A stretch of DNA of 64,000 bases from Candidatus Omnitrophota bacterium. GTDB taxonomy: Bacteria > Omnitrophota > Gorgyraeia > B26-G9. The notes beneath the pieces are model-generated. The model was given only the letters and a program-made list of their open reading frames with translations. It was not told the DNA's origin and did no database searches. Numbering within the stretch: the first letter of the stretch is position 1; every line of letters begins with the position of its first letter. The DNA lies in assembly GCA_018817585.1 (NCBI GenBank), contig JAHITE010000080.1:5774-69773 (forward strand), read 5' to 3'. Shown here piece by piece: positions 28,241 through 37,841 of the stretch. The position numbers and the translations under genes are program-made.

Positions 28241-29689
28241 TTATTTTTTTGATTTCAACATAGTACTTAACAGCTGTTCAACAGCCACGGTTGCTATTCC
28301 TGAATTTGTATCGGACATGGCATAGGGGATGATTAAATCTTTTTTATGGATTATTGCCCCGCAGGAATAGACTACGTTTGGCACATAGCCTTCGCGTTCT
28401 TCTTCTGTGGGGGAGAGTATCGGCTCAACTGTACTTCCGATAACTTTGCTTGGGTTCTTTAGATCCAGGAGTATCGCGCCAATGCAGTATTTACGCATTG
28501 GGCCTACGCCATGCGTTAGGACTATCCAACCTTTTTCGGTTTCAATCGGAGATCCGCAATTGCCTATTTGGAAAAATTCCCAATCATATTCGGGTTCTTT
28601 CAAAAGCTCTACGTTTGGCCAGAAGTGAATATTATCTGATGACATAAGAAATAAATTTTCACCATCAAAGCGGGAAATCATCATATATTTACCGTTTATC
28701 TTTCGGGGAAAAAGAGCCATGCCTTTATTTCCGGCGAATTTACCGTTGAGAGTGATTATTTTAAAATCAAGGAAGTCTTTGGTTACTAATATTTGAGGCA
28801 TGATCTGAAATCCATTATAAGCAGTATAAGTCGCGTAATAAGTGATACTGCTATCGTCATCAATAAACCGGACAAAGCGCGCGTCCTCAATCCCATTACT
28901 ATCATTTTGCGAGCAAGGGAAAATAATTCTTTCGGATAATTTCTGCTCAAGTTTAAAGTGTAATTCATAGTTTGACATAGCCAGCCAGAGTATTGTTTTG
29001 GCATCATCAGAGTTGACTTTATCCGATGCTATACGCAATACAGTTTTTAAGTCAGAAAGCGAAAAATGCTCCTGCAATTGACTATTAATAAAAGCTGAAA
29101 ATTCGTTTTTAACTCCCAATTCTGCCATTTTAAAAAAGAACGATTCCTTGTCATAAACAGGATTACTTACCGTGGTTGCTCTTTCAACATATGGACTGAC
29201 TTTATCAAAACTAAAGTCACCATTTTTATCAACTACTCCTTTTCTGAATTCTATTGAGGAAATATGACCTTCTCCCACGGAGCGAAAACTTATAATAAAA
29301 CGCATGCTTCCTTTAGGCAAATCACTTTGATCAGGATGCTCAATAATAGATGGATTAAAAAATGCCGCGGCCTGAACAGAATATTCTAAAGTAAAATAAG
29401 CGCCTAAAAGGAATCTTTTAGTATCATTTATTTGGATATTCTTCGGGATATAACTTCTTATTTCATTGTAATGTTCACCAAACGAGCCTAATATGTTTTT
29501 ATGCCTAGGGGAAAAATCAGCTATTACTTTGTCTAATGTCTGCTTCGCCTTTTTATCAGAGAGATTTAAAACCCGGGCGATAATTTTCTCTATACGCCCC
29601 TGACCCTGAGGAATATGCGCTTTTGTAATAACTCGTTTTGGATCTGGTTTGAAGATCTTCTTGATTTTTTTAACATTGCAAACTGACAT
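28241..29689 (-). CDS. GH130-family glycoside phosphorylase-like protein with an N-terminal extension
   Basis: The C-terminal 330 aa share the beta-propeller GH130/DUF377 pattern with the next gene (YYATYTAY...GWIVLTHGVG...NVVYSCGAI). Confidence 0.65.
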   Translation of the reverse strand: MSVCNVKKIKKIFKPDPKRVITKAHIPQGQGRIEKIIARVLNLSDKKAKQTLDKVIADFSPRHKNILGSFGEHYNEIRSYIPKNIQINDTKRFLLGAYFTLEYSVQAAAFFNPSIIEHPDQSDLPKGSMRFIISFRSVGEGHISSIEFRKGVVDKNGDFSFDKVSPYVERATTVSNPVYDKESFFFKMAELGVKNEFSAFINSQLQEHFSLSDLKTVLRIASDKVNSDDAKTILWLAMSNYELHFKLEQKLSERIIFPCSQNDSNGIEDARFVRFIDDDSSITYYATYTAYNGFQIMPQILVTKDFLDFKIITLNGKFAGNKGMALFPRKINGKYMMISRFDGENLFLMSSDNIHFWPNVELLKEPEYDWEFFQIGNCGSPIETEKGWIVLTHGVGPMRKYCIGAILLDLKNPSKVIGSTVEPILSPTEEEREGYVPNVVYSCGAIIHKKDLIIPYAMSDTNSGIATVAVEQLLSTMLKSKK

Positions 29690-29702
29690 TATCGGCTCCT
29701 GA

Positions 29703-30641
29703 TCATAAAGGTTTTCGAGGATTATTAATACACAGTGAAACTAATTTATTTATGTTTGCTTCGCCGACACACATAACGGTATCAGCCCCGCCCCAATAAA
29801 TTTTAACTGAACCATTATCTTCTTGCACCGCGCCGCAGGTAAAAACGACATTAGATACATAGCCGGTTATTTCCCATGGATCTTCCGGCTGAAGTATCCA
29901 TTGATCAGAAACTCCGATAATTATCGATGGGTCATTTAGGTCATGAAGGGCAACACCGAGTCGATATACCGCGCCGGACATTGTATTGAAAACGCCATGA
30001 TAAATATTAAGCCAGCCTTTATCGGTTTTAATCGGCGTAGCGCCCGGGCCGATTTTCATTTCATCCCAATGGTATGGCTCTGGTTTTATTAACAATTTGG
30101 AATTACCCCAATGAACTAAATCCAAAGAATATGATATCCAAATCGACCATTTCGAAATTTCAGAATGAGGTCTGTCGAGCCGGACATATTGTCCTTTTAT
30201 TTTTTCGGGAAATATCACAACATTTCGCGAATCAGCTTGAGTAATTAATGCTATTTTTTCTACTGTTTCAAAATCTTTTGTTTTAGCAAGTCCAATCCTG
30301 ACACCATGTCTGGAATAAGCGCTGTAAGTGAGCAAAAAATCAGTATCTATTTTACTAATCCGCAGATCCTCAACACTATATTCTTCATATTCCCCAAATT
30401 TTGAAACGCTTGAAGGGACTAAAAACGGTTCGGGTTTAACTTTAAAATTATAACCGTCATCACTTCGCGCGATCCCGATAATCGACCGGCCGTTTAATAA
30501 ATGAGAACGAAATAACATAATATATTTATTCTGATATTTAACAACTCCCGCATTATGCACTGTAGCTACAGGATAGGGGACATTATCTTTGGTAAGAATC
30601 GGGTTTCCTTTATAGCGAGTCACGATTTTATCGTTCATCAT
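29703..30641 (-). CDS. GH130-family glycoside phosphorylase (beta-mannoside phosphorylase-like)
   Basis: GNPILTKDNVPYPVATVHNAGVV...GWLNIYHGV...NVVFTCGAV, typical of GH130. Confidence 0.75.
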   Translation of the reverse strand: MMNDKIVTRYKGNPILTKDNVPYPVATVHNAGVVKYQNKYIMLFRSHLLNGRSIIGIARSDDGYNFKVKPEPFLVPSSVSKFGEYEEYSVEDLRISKIDTDFLLTYSAYSRHGVRIGLAKTKDFETVEKIALITQADSRNVVIFPEKIKGQYVRLDRPHSEISKWSIWISYSLDLVHWGNSKLLIKPEPYHWDEMKIGPGATPIKTDKGWLNIYHGVFNTMSGAVYRLGVALHDLNDPSIIIGVSDQWILQPEDPWEITGYVSNVVFTCGAVQEDNGSVKIYWGGADTVMCVGEANINKLVSLCINNPRKPL

Positions 30642-31993
30642 TAATTCACCCTCCCATATTTATCTTCAAATCTTTCAATATCATCCTCACCAAAATACTC
30701 CCCTAGTTGAATTTCGATAAAAGCCATTTCTTTCTCAGACACATTCGTAACTCGATGTTTACAGCCGCAAGGAATATCAATGCTTTCACCTGTTTTTACC
30801 AGGATTTGTTTATCATTAAGGGTTATAAGTGCTTCACCTTTTATGATCTGCCAATGTTCACTGCGATATTTGTGTTTTTGCAGGCTAAGCTCACCGGAGG
30901 GGAAAACAACAATTCGCTTGACCTTATGATCAAGCTCATCAGCAAGTACTTTATAATAACCCCAGGGACGTTTAGCTTCGCGTTTTGTGCTGTTGATAAT
31001 TTGCTCATATACTTTAATATAATTATCAACCATAATCTCAACTGAAAATTTATCAGCTGCTGTTTTTCGGCAGTTCGCTCTGTTTATTTCCGGGATCCTA
31101 CTGAGTGCCGCGACCGCTTCCGCGGCATTATTCACGAGAAATCCGTTTACTTCATGTTCAATCAGCTCAGGCATGCTGCCTTTATTAAAAGCAACAACAG
31201 GCGTTCCGCAGGCCATAGACTCTATTACGGAAAGTCCAAAGGGTTCTTTAAAAAAAATCGGATGGAGCAGAGCATACGCGTTACCCAACAATTCATCGCG
31301 GTCTTTAGGCCCAACACTACCGATATAAGTTATATCAGCATTTAAATTACAGGCGACTTGTTTATCGAAATATTTCTGATCCTGAATTATTCCTGCTATT
31401 ATTAATTTTTTACCAAAAGCCTTAGCTATCTCAATTGCTTCTTTAGTTCCTTTATCCGGATGAATACGTCCGAAAAACAATAAATAATCACCAGGATCAT
31501 TTTTAAATGTGAAGTGTTCAAGGTTAATTCCGTGATACACATTCGCGATATAATCAAGTTTATCACTGCGGTCAGAATCGCTAATCGAAACATAGTATGT
31601 TTGATTATTATATTTTTCGTAAACAGGCAGAATTGCCGAAGAAGAAAATCCATGTATCGTAGTCAGTACCGGTGTATCAACCAGGCCGCTGTAAGTTATC
31701 GGGAGAAAGTCAAAATTATTATGAATAATATCAAATTCATCGGCCCGCTCAAAAACCGCGGATATATGAAGAGCTTCCCAAACTTTAGGGTCGATAGTTT
31801 TATCTTCTTCATATCCATGTTCACAGACAAAGCTGTGTTTCGCGCTAGTTACAGACTCGCCAGTGGCAAATAAAGTCACATCAATGCCTTTTTTAGTTAA
31901 CCCTTCGCAAAGCAAAGAAACAATATTTTCCCATGGACCATAATGAACCGGCGGAGTTCTCCACGCGATAGGCGAGATCAACGCTATTTTCAT
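30641..31993 (-). CDS. GT4 glycosyltransferase fused to a C-terminal cupin (mannose-6-phosphate isomerase type II-like) domain
   Basis: N-terminus MKIALISPIAWRTPP... GT-B. C-terminus RPWGYYKVL...KRIVVFPSGELSLQKHKYRSEHWQIIKGEA cupin, as in the C-terminal domain of GDP-mannose pyrophosphorylase/PMI. Confidence 0.7.
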   Translation of the reverse strand: MKIALISPIAWRTPPVHYGPWENIVSLLCEGLTKKGIDVTLFATGESVTSAKHSFVCEHGYEEDKTIDPKVWEALHISAVFERADEFDIIHNNFDFLPITYSGLVDTPVLTTIHGFSSSAILPVYEKYNNQTYYVSISDSDRSDKLDYIANVYHGINLEHFTFKNDPGDYLLFFGRIHPDKGTKEAIEIAKAFGKKLIIAGIIQDQKYFDKQVACNLNADITYIGSVGPKDRDELLGNAYALLHPIFFKEPFGLSVIESMACGTPVVAFNKGSMPELIEHEVNGFLVNNAAEAVAALSRIPEINRANCRKTAADKFSVEIMVDNYIKVYEQIINSTKREAKRPWGYYKVLADELDHKVKRIVVFPSGELSLQKHKYRSEHWQIIKGEALITLNDKQILVKTGESIDIPCGCKHRVTNVSEKEMAFIEIQLGEYFGEDDIERFEDKYGRVN

Positions 31994-32091
31994 AAAAAAC
32001 TCCTTAAAATTATTAGACTAAGCAATACTTATTATAACATAGAAAACATTATTTTATTGACATCTTTTAGAATCTTATCCGCGCATAATCC

Positions 32092-32640
32092 TTGTGCGGA
32101 GCTTTTGTTTGGAGTAGAATGAAGAAAATGATAAAGAAAGACAGTGATAATATGAATACTGATTTGTATATGATCGCGCAATTGGCAAAAGAGAAAGAGC
32201 TGGAGAATCAAGAATTTTATTCCTTTTTGAAATCCAATCAAGATTCTAAGAAAATAGATAAAATTGTGCGGAGCCTTTACAAGCAAATATCAGCCAAAAT
32301 AGATTGTACGAGCTGCGGTAATTGCTGTAAGCTCATGGATCCTGTTTTTAAAAAAGAAGATATTGAAAAATTGGGGCCGGTAACAGCTGAAAGTATAAAA
32401 AAGGATTTAAGGGAAGATAAAAAAGAGAATGGATTTATTTTTAAGATAAGTCCCTGTTCTTTTTTTAAAGATAAGAAGTGTTTGCAGTATTTATTTCGCC
32501 CCGTTGGGTGCAGGTCTTATCCTCATCTGTGCAAAGAAAATTTTATTTCGAGATTTAGCAAGGTAATGGAAAGCTATTCAATTTGTCCGATTGTGTTCAA
32601 TGTATGTGAAAGCTTAAAAATTGAATCGCGGTATATTTAA
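32092..32640 (+). CDS. YkgJ-family Cys-cluster (zinc/iron-chelating, PF03692-like) protein
   Basis: CTSCGNCCK ... C.FF..KKC..Y..RPVGCRSYP cysteine pattern. Confidence 0.65.
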   Translation: MCGAFVWSRMKKMIKKDSDNMNTDLYMIAQLAKEKELENQEFYSFLKSNQDSKKIDKIVRSLYKQISAKIDCTSCGNCCKLMDPVFKKEDIEKLGPVTAESIKKDLREDKKENGFIFKISPCSFFKDKKCLQYLFRPVGCRSYPHLCKENFISRFSKVMESYSICPIVFNVCESLKIESRYI

Positions 32641-32666
32641 GGATTTTTAATTAAGAGCTTATTAAT

Positions 32667-33335
32667 ATGTTTTCATGGATAAGTAATCTAAGAGAGCCGA
32701 TAAACGGCTTTACCCATATTATCGGCGCGGTATTATCAATCGTGGCCCTGATTATTTTAGTTTGGCGGGCTGCTCGCGCAAAAAAAACCCGCCATATTGT
32801 TGCCGTTAGTATTTATGGAGTTTCCCAAATTGCTTTATATACAATGAGCGCGCTATATCATTCTTTGACTGTTTCTCCCGCGGCAATTGTAACTTTTCAA
32901 CATGTTGAACACGCGATGATTTATTTCTTAATTGCTGGCACCTATACTCCGCTTTGTTTAATCATCCTGCGCGGCAAATGGGGATGGAGTTTGTTTGGAG
33001 TCAACTGGGGATTAGCAATTACCGGTATGTGCCTGAAATTGACTTTACGTCATCCGCCGCAAATTGTAATTGTCGTATTGTTCAGTTTTTTTATTATCAT
33101 GGGCTGGCTTATTATTATTGCCTGGCGTCCTTTAGTCAAAACATTGCCTAAACCAGGCATAGGGTGGCTTGTTGCCGGAGGGCTGTTTTATACTTTTGGG
33201 GCAATCATTCTGGGCATGAAAAATTTATATCTTGGTTTTGGATTTGGGCCGCATCAAGTTTGGCATATTTTTGTTATGGCAGGAGGTTTCTGTATTTTCT
33301 GGTTAATGTACAAATATGTTTTACCTGTGCGGTAA
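32667..33335 (+). CDS. hemolysin III / PAQR family membrane protein
   Basis: Seven TM helices with HxxGAV...SALYH...HVEHAMIYFLIAGTYTP motifs. Confidence 0.8.
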   Translation: MFSWISNLREPINGFTHIIGAVLSIVALIILVWRAARAKKTRHIVAVSIYGVSQIALYTMSALYHSLTVSPAAIVTFQHVEHAMIYFLIAGTYTPLCLIILRGKWGWSLFGVNWGLAITGMCLKLTLRHPPQIVIVVLFSFFIIMGWLIIIAWRPLVKTLPKPGIGWLVAGGLFYTFGAIILGMKNLYLGFGFGPHQVWHIFVMAGGFCIFWLMYKYVLPVR

Positions 33336-33448
33336 TAAAGCAATCTAATAGTGCTTGCCTAGTCTGACTTTTTTATGTTGACCTGAATTTTTTTAAAGAG
33401 TATTCTTTTAGATGGTTATTTTACAGATCATAACGCAAAGGACTGATA

Positions 33449-33844
33449 ATGGAGAAAACAAAATTTATTGAATTAAAACAAGTTTTTAAAACCCTGCTTG
33501 GACCAAAGGGCTGTCTTTGGGATAAAAAACAGACGCATCAGTCTTTGCTCGGCGGTCTGAGAGAAGAAACCCGGGAATTAATTCAGGCAATAAAAAGTGA
33601 AGATTTTAATCATATAAAAGAGGAATTAGGCGATGTTTTGCTGCATGTGATGTTTCATAGTCAGATTGCTTCCCAAGAAAAAGAATTTAATATTGAAGAT
33701 GTTATTGATGGATTGATAAAAAAATTAAAACGCCGCCATCCGCATGTTTTTGGTAAGACAAAGGTAAAATCCAGCGCTCAGGTTGTGCGCAATTGGAATC
33801 AGATCAAGGCTAAAGAGAAGAAAAAAAGAGCGGGCAACGGGTAA
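33449..33844 (+). CDS. mazG: MazG-like nucleoside triphosphate pyrophosphohydrolase
   Basis: GCLWD...ETRELIQAI...EELGDVLL...RRHPHVFG. Confidence 0.8.
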   Translation: MEKTKFIELKQVFKTLLGPKGCLWDKKQTHQSLLGGLREETRELIQAIKSEDFNHIKEELGDVLLHVMFHSQIASQEKEFNIEDVIDGLIKKLKRRHPHVFGKTKVKSSAQVVRNWNQIKAKEKKKRAGNG

Positions 33845-34001
33845 TTGGCGACGAAGCCCGTATCGGCAACGTAGAAAGGTTAGGGCTAAAAATAATGCAT
33901 TGAAAGCCGATAGACGTTGCCGGCAGACGAAACGGGTGTCGTAACCGTAACCGAAAAACGCATAATATGTGTAACTATTAATAACCTATAGGAACCTGTA
34001 C

Positions 34002-35000
34002 ATGAATCATTATTCTAATAAATATAGTAAACCAGCAGAATTAAAAGGCTTGGTTACTGCGGAAAAGGCTTTGCAGCATGCCCAGATGTTATCAAATTCT
34101 GTGAAAAAGAAATACAATCATTTTAAAAAACGTTTTAGCAAAGCCCGGATAGATTGTTTTAGGCTTTATGACTGGGATAGTAAGGAAATCCGGTTAGTAG
34201 TGGATTGGTACGCGGGACACCTTGTTGTTGCTGAATATGAACGGTTGCAAACCGGTCCGGAGTATCTGCCGCAAATGGCGCGGGCTGCGGCCGCGGCTTT
34301 GAATGTGTCAATGGAAAATGTGCATATGAAAAAAAGACATACTAACGTGGAAGAAGGTCACCGGTATAGCAAGCTTGCTTGCGAAGACAAGCGGATGGAA
34401 GTAAGCGAGGGTGATCTTAAATTTTTAGTTAATCTTACGGATTTTCTGGATACAGGATTGTTTTCTGATCATCGGCAGACGCGGAATATTATCCGGAAGA
34501 TGGCAGAAGGCAAGGACTTCCTGAATCTGTTTGCTTATACCGGAGCTTTTACCTGCGCGGCAGCACTGGGTAATGCTCGCTCAACTGTTACTGTCGATCG
34601 TTCGCAGACATATGTAAATTGGGCCAAGGATAACCTTGAGCTTAATGCGCTTTGGAGTGATCAGCACAAACTTGTCCAATCTGATGTTATGAAATTTTTG
34701 GCGCTTGCGGATAAAGCTGATCAGAAGTTTGACTTGGTTTTTGTGGACCCACCCTCTTTTTACAAGGAGCAGTCAGCCGGGATTGATTTTGATATAAATC
34801 GCGGTCATCCTGACCTAATAAATAAAGTTTTAAAAGTTACGAGGCCGGGTTCAGATATTTTCTTTTCCACGAATCATCAGCGATTTGAGCCGATGTTTGA
34901 TGGTTTAGCGGTAAAAGAGATTATTGCTTTAACTCCAAAAACCATTCCTGAGGATTATCGAAATCGGAGTATTCATCATTGCTGGCAGATAAAGACATAA
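34002..35000 (+). CDS. class I SAM-dependent rRNA methyltransferase (RlmI/YccW-like, PUA-like N-domain)
   Basis: ...LNLFAYTGAFTCAAALGNARSTVTVDRS... (motif I) and FDLVFVDPPSF (motif IV). Confidence 0.75.
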   Translation: MNHYSNKYSKPAELKGLVTAEKALQHAQMLSNSVKKKYNHFKKRFSKARIDCFRLYDWDSKEIRLVVDWYAGHLVVAEYERLQTGPEYLPQMARAAAAALNVSMENVHMKKRHTNVEEGHRYSKLACEDKRMEVSEGDLKFLVNLTDFLDTGLFSDHRQTRNIIRKMAEGKDFLNLFAYTGAFTCAAALGNARSTVTVDRSQTYVNWAKDNLELNALWSDQHKLVQSDVMKFLALADKADQKFDLVFVDPPSFYKEQSAGIDFDINRGHPDLINKVLKVTRPGSDIFFSTNHQRFEPMFDGLAVKEIIALTPKTIPEDYRNRSIHHCWQIKT

Positions 35001-35054
35001 TTGCCGGGTATTTTTAGTTAAACCAGGATAAGCAGTTGATTTAAATCAGGCGCT

Positions 35055-35456
35055 TTAAAATAACTTAAAGCCTGGTTTAGCATAAAGATCCTTCTTAATT
35101 TCAAGTAAAAGATCTTTTGCCGCTTGTTTTTGCCCTATTCCGATGCGGATTTCAATGCGTGACGCATTCTTATCTGTTTCAATAATATCGATTGCTATTT
35201 TTTCCCCATCCGGACCCTTGCCGCGTAACTGGACAAAATTATCCCGCTTAACCGTATCATTAAGCACGATCTTTTTGTGTTTGAGGGCTTGTTTTGCCGC
35301 GGCTTGGACTTGTTCAGTGGGTTTAGGTTCCTCAGATACAATTTTTCCATGTTGCCAAAGCGCGGTTCCTCCGGCGCCAACAATCATCGCCGCGCAGCCA
35401 TTGGTAAACATTGCGCAAATAACAATAATTAATCCATAATGGTAAAGCTTTCTCAT
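35055..35456 (-). CDS. lipoprotein, DUF3568-like
   Basis: MRKLYHYGLIIVICAMFTNGCAA lipobox. 133 aa. Confidence 0.5.
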   Translation of the reverse strand: MRKLYHYGLIIVICAMFTNGCAAMIVGAGGTALWQHGKIVSEEPKPTEQVQAAAKQALKHKKIVLNDTVKRDNFVQLRGKGPDGEKIAIDIIETDKNASRIEIRIGIGQKQAAKDLLLEIKKDLYAKPGFKLF

Positions 35457-35533
35457 TTTTTCTCCGGGTTTTTAGTTAGGGTTATTTAAAAATAATTTTT
35501 CAAATATTATTATATCAAATTTTTGTGTTTAGA

Positions 35534-35574
35534 AATAGAAACTTTTCTAATGGATAATAGAAAAGTTTCTATTT
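35534..35574. repeat. perfect 17-bp inverted repeat (aaatagaaacttttcta / tagaaaagtttctattt) with a 7-nt spacer (ATGGATA)
   Basis: Read directly from the sequence. Lies in the 5' region of the lipoprotein gene and may be an operator or hairpin. Confidence 0.5.
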
Positions 35575-36160
35575 AAGGATATGGGAGGGGAAGGCATTGA
35601 ATTTTTAAAAAACAAAACAAAGGAATCAAGATGCTTTGCTTTGCATAAATCCCGTATTTAATTGACTAATATTATTGGCTGTGTTTGGGAAAACCCTCAG
35701 AATTGCTAAGAATTTCAAGACTTATTGTTTATTTAGATGTTTCTGGTTTTTTTATTCTCAGCTTCCCGCCGATGCTTATAACAGTATTTTTCCATGTTGT
35801 AAATACTTAAAATACAAGTACAATTAACAGCCTTGCAAACTCTTTTGGCTTTGATTGTCGCGATTTGTTTCATAATACTCCTTTTTATTTATTATACCAC
35901 TAAACAGGTAATAATAGTAAACTATCTGCGGATTGAGCATAATTAGTTGTTTGCGAAAGGAACTGCTTAAGAGGCCCTAAGAGTTAACTAAGCAGATAAA
36001 AAGACCGCTGTTTAATTCAGAAATGAGGGGGATTGTTAATAGATTCAGCTTGTTGATTCAGCTTGTTCTAAAAGTGGTTGATTGTTTAGGGAAAACAGGA
36101 TATAATTATTTCCAAAATAAAACCAGAATTATTAATGTGAGCTACGAAAGGAGTTTTAAA

Positions 36161-36442
36161 GTGATTAAAGTAAATGAGTATTTTGATGGAAAGGTAAAAT
36201 CTTTTGTGATAAATTCTAGCGAAGGCAAAAAAACAGTGGGAGTTATGGAGCCGGGTGAATATGAATTTGATACTGATACAAAAGAGATTATGACAGTTGT
36301 TGAAGGAAACCTTTCAGTGTATTTTGCTGAAGATGATGAGTGGGAAGAATTTGAGAAAGGCGCATCATTTGATGTTCCGGCTAAATCAAAATTAAAAGTA
36401 AAAGTTGAGCAGGATACAGCATATATCTGTGAATATGAATGA
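36161..36442 (+). CDS. ppnP: pyrimidine/purine nucleoside phosphorylase PpnP (DUF1255/UPF0345)
   Basis: GTG start after an aaaggag RBS. MIKVNEYFDGKVKS...GVMEPGEYEFDT...MTVVEG resembles YaiE/PpnP closely. The ORF-track start at 36023 is too far upstream. Confidence 0.8.
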   Translation: MIKVNEYFDGKVKSFVINSSEGKKTVGVMEPGEYEFDTDTKEIMTVVEGNLSVYFAEDDEWEEFEKGASFDVPAKSKLKVKVEQDTAYICEYE

Positions 36443-36533
36443 AGTACGAAGCGCGTGCTTGGCTGATAGCTGATGATAGCTCATGGCCAGAAGCAAAAGA
36501 TATAAGGACACCAGGACACAAGGTCACAATGTA

Positions 36534-36556
36534 GGGGCCGCGCTTGTCCCGGCCCC
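36534..36556. repeat. GC-rich REP-like hairpin (ggggccg-N9-cggcccc) between convergent genes
   Basis: Related to 25935-25957. Immediately preceded by a GGTGAC-family repeat copy (36507-36530). Confidence 0.5.
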
Positions 36557-36580
36557 TAATAATATACTCGAAACAATTAG

Positions 36581-37525
36581 TTATAGTTTCCGCTTGGGAT
36601 GGGAAGTAAAATAAGGGTCGTGGATGCTTTTCCTAAAAGCGGCAAGGCTTAAGGGTGATGAATTTACCCGCCAGTCTTTTTCTTTCTTGGCATTAAACCA
36701 GTAAAATGCTTCTACTTGAGAATATTGGTTCTTAAGGCATTTAAACATATCAATAATCCAGAGGGATTTACTCCCTCCGAATTGATTGTCTTTGGGAGTG
36801 GCGGTTTCCGAGATCATGATTTTTTTATCCCCAAAGATTTCCGGATGCTCAATAAAAACATGGTACATTGGGTAAAATAAATCATTAAAATTTTGATCAT
36901 AAGGCCAGCCAGGCTGTCCATCCTCGCCCCAGTTGTAGCCGTCAATTGCCAGCCAATCAACATATTCTTTTCCCGGATAATAAAGCGGTATAACATCAAG
37001 CCATGTCGGGTAATTCATTGGCGCCCAGACAAACTCCACATTATGGGCGTTTTCGGTTTTAAAGATACGGTAAATGTGTTGCCAGGCTTTTACATATTTA
37101 TCGGGTTTATCTTGCCAGGGATACCATCCCGAGGTTTCCGGATTATTAAAATGAATCATTTCATGGGCGAATCTTAGGCGAATAACCTTGCTCCAGTCGC
37201 GGCAATCCCGGGCAAACTGTTGAATGTAAGCATCGTGCCGGCCATTGATTATACTGGAAAGACTATAGCTGCTGTCATTGACTCCAGCTCTTTTCCAGGG
37301 TTCCCAAGTAATATGCAGACTTATTTCCGTGTCATATCCGTCATGATAGCGTACTTGATGTAAATCAGACAGGGGAAAAGCTCCATCAGCCCAATCCCAG
37401 AAAAACAGAATAGAGTTAAGATGTCTGCCGGTAAGATGTTCATACTTGCGGATTTCTTCAACATTTGGCGGCCGATGATTGGGGTTGCCGACAAAAGCGC
37501 CTATTTCACAATGTTTATTTTGCAT
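36581..37525 (-). CDS. glycoside hydrolase, GH26-like (mannanase family)
   Basis: LRFAHEMIHFN (GH26 acid/base region RFxHEMN), WEPW and Trp-rich TIM-barrel signatures. Confidence 0.65.
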   Translation of the reverse strand: MQNKHCEIGAFVGNPNHRPPNVEEIRKYEHLTGRHLNSILFFWDWADGAFPLSDLHQVRYHDGYDTEISLHITWEPWKRAGVNDSSYSLSSIINGRHDAYIQQFARDCRDWSKVIRLRFAHEMIHFNNPETSGWYPWQDKPDKYVKAWQHIYRIFKTENAHNVEFVWAPMNYPTWLDVIPLYYPGKEYVDWLAIDGYNWGEDGQPGWPYDQNFNDLFYPMYHVFIEHPEIFGDKKIMISETATPKDNQFGGSKSLWIIDMFKCLKNQYSQVEAFYWFNAKKEKDWRVNSSPLSLAAFRKSIHDPYFTSHPKRKL

Positions 37526-37841
37526 GAATCTAACCCTTTATTAAAAATCAGCTTTCTTTGAAAATAGTTTATTGCATATCTAATTTATAAGTCATGACAT
37601 GATTTTAAATCTTTTATCAATGCTAAGTCAAGATAATATGAGCTGTTTATAATTTTAGCGAATAATTACGGGAAAATTTGTAATGGTCAGGGGGAAATAA
37701 GCGTAAAACAAGAGGATTGTTTTAGATTATAGAAAACAAGGGTTGTTAGATTTGAGAGCAATTAACATACTTGTTTACAATAAGGCTGCTCAGTCGTATA
37801 ATTACCATTACGCGTAAACTTAAGACTCTAAGGAGAAAACA

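Noticed and set aside
36534-36556. GC hairpins at 25935-25957 and 36534-36556 as classical rho-independent terminators.
   Set aside because: Neither strand has a T-run immediately 3' of the stem. I treat them as REP-like repeats that may still stabilise 3' ends.
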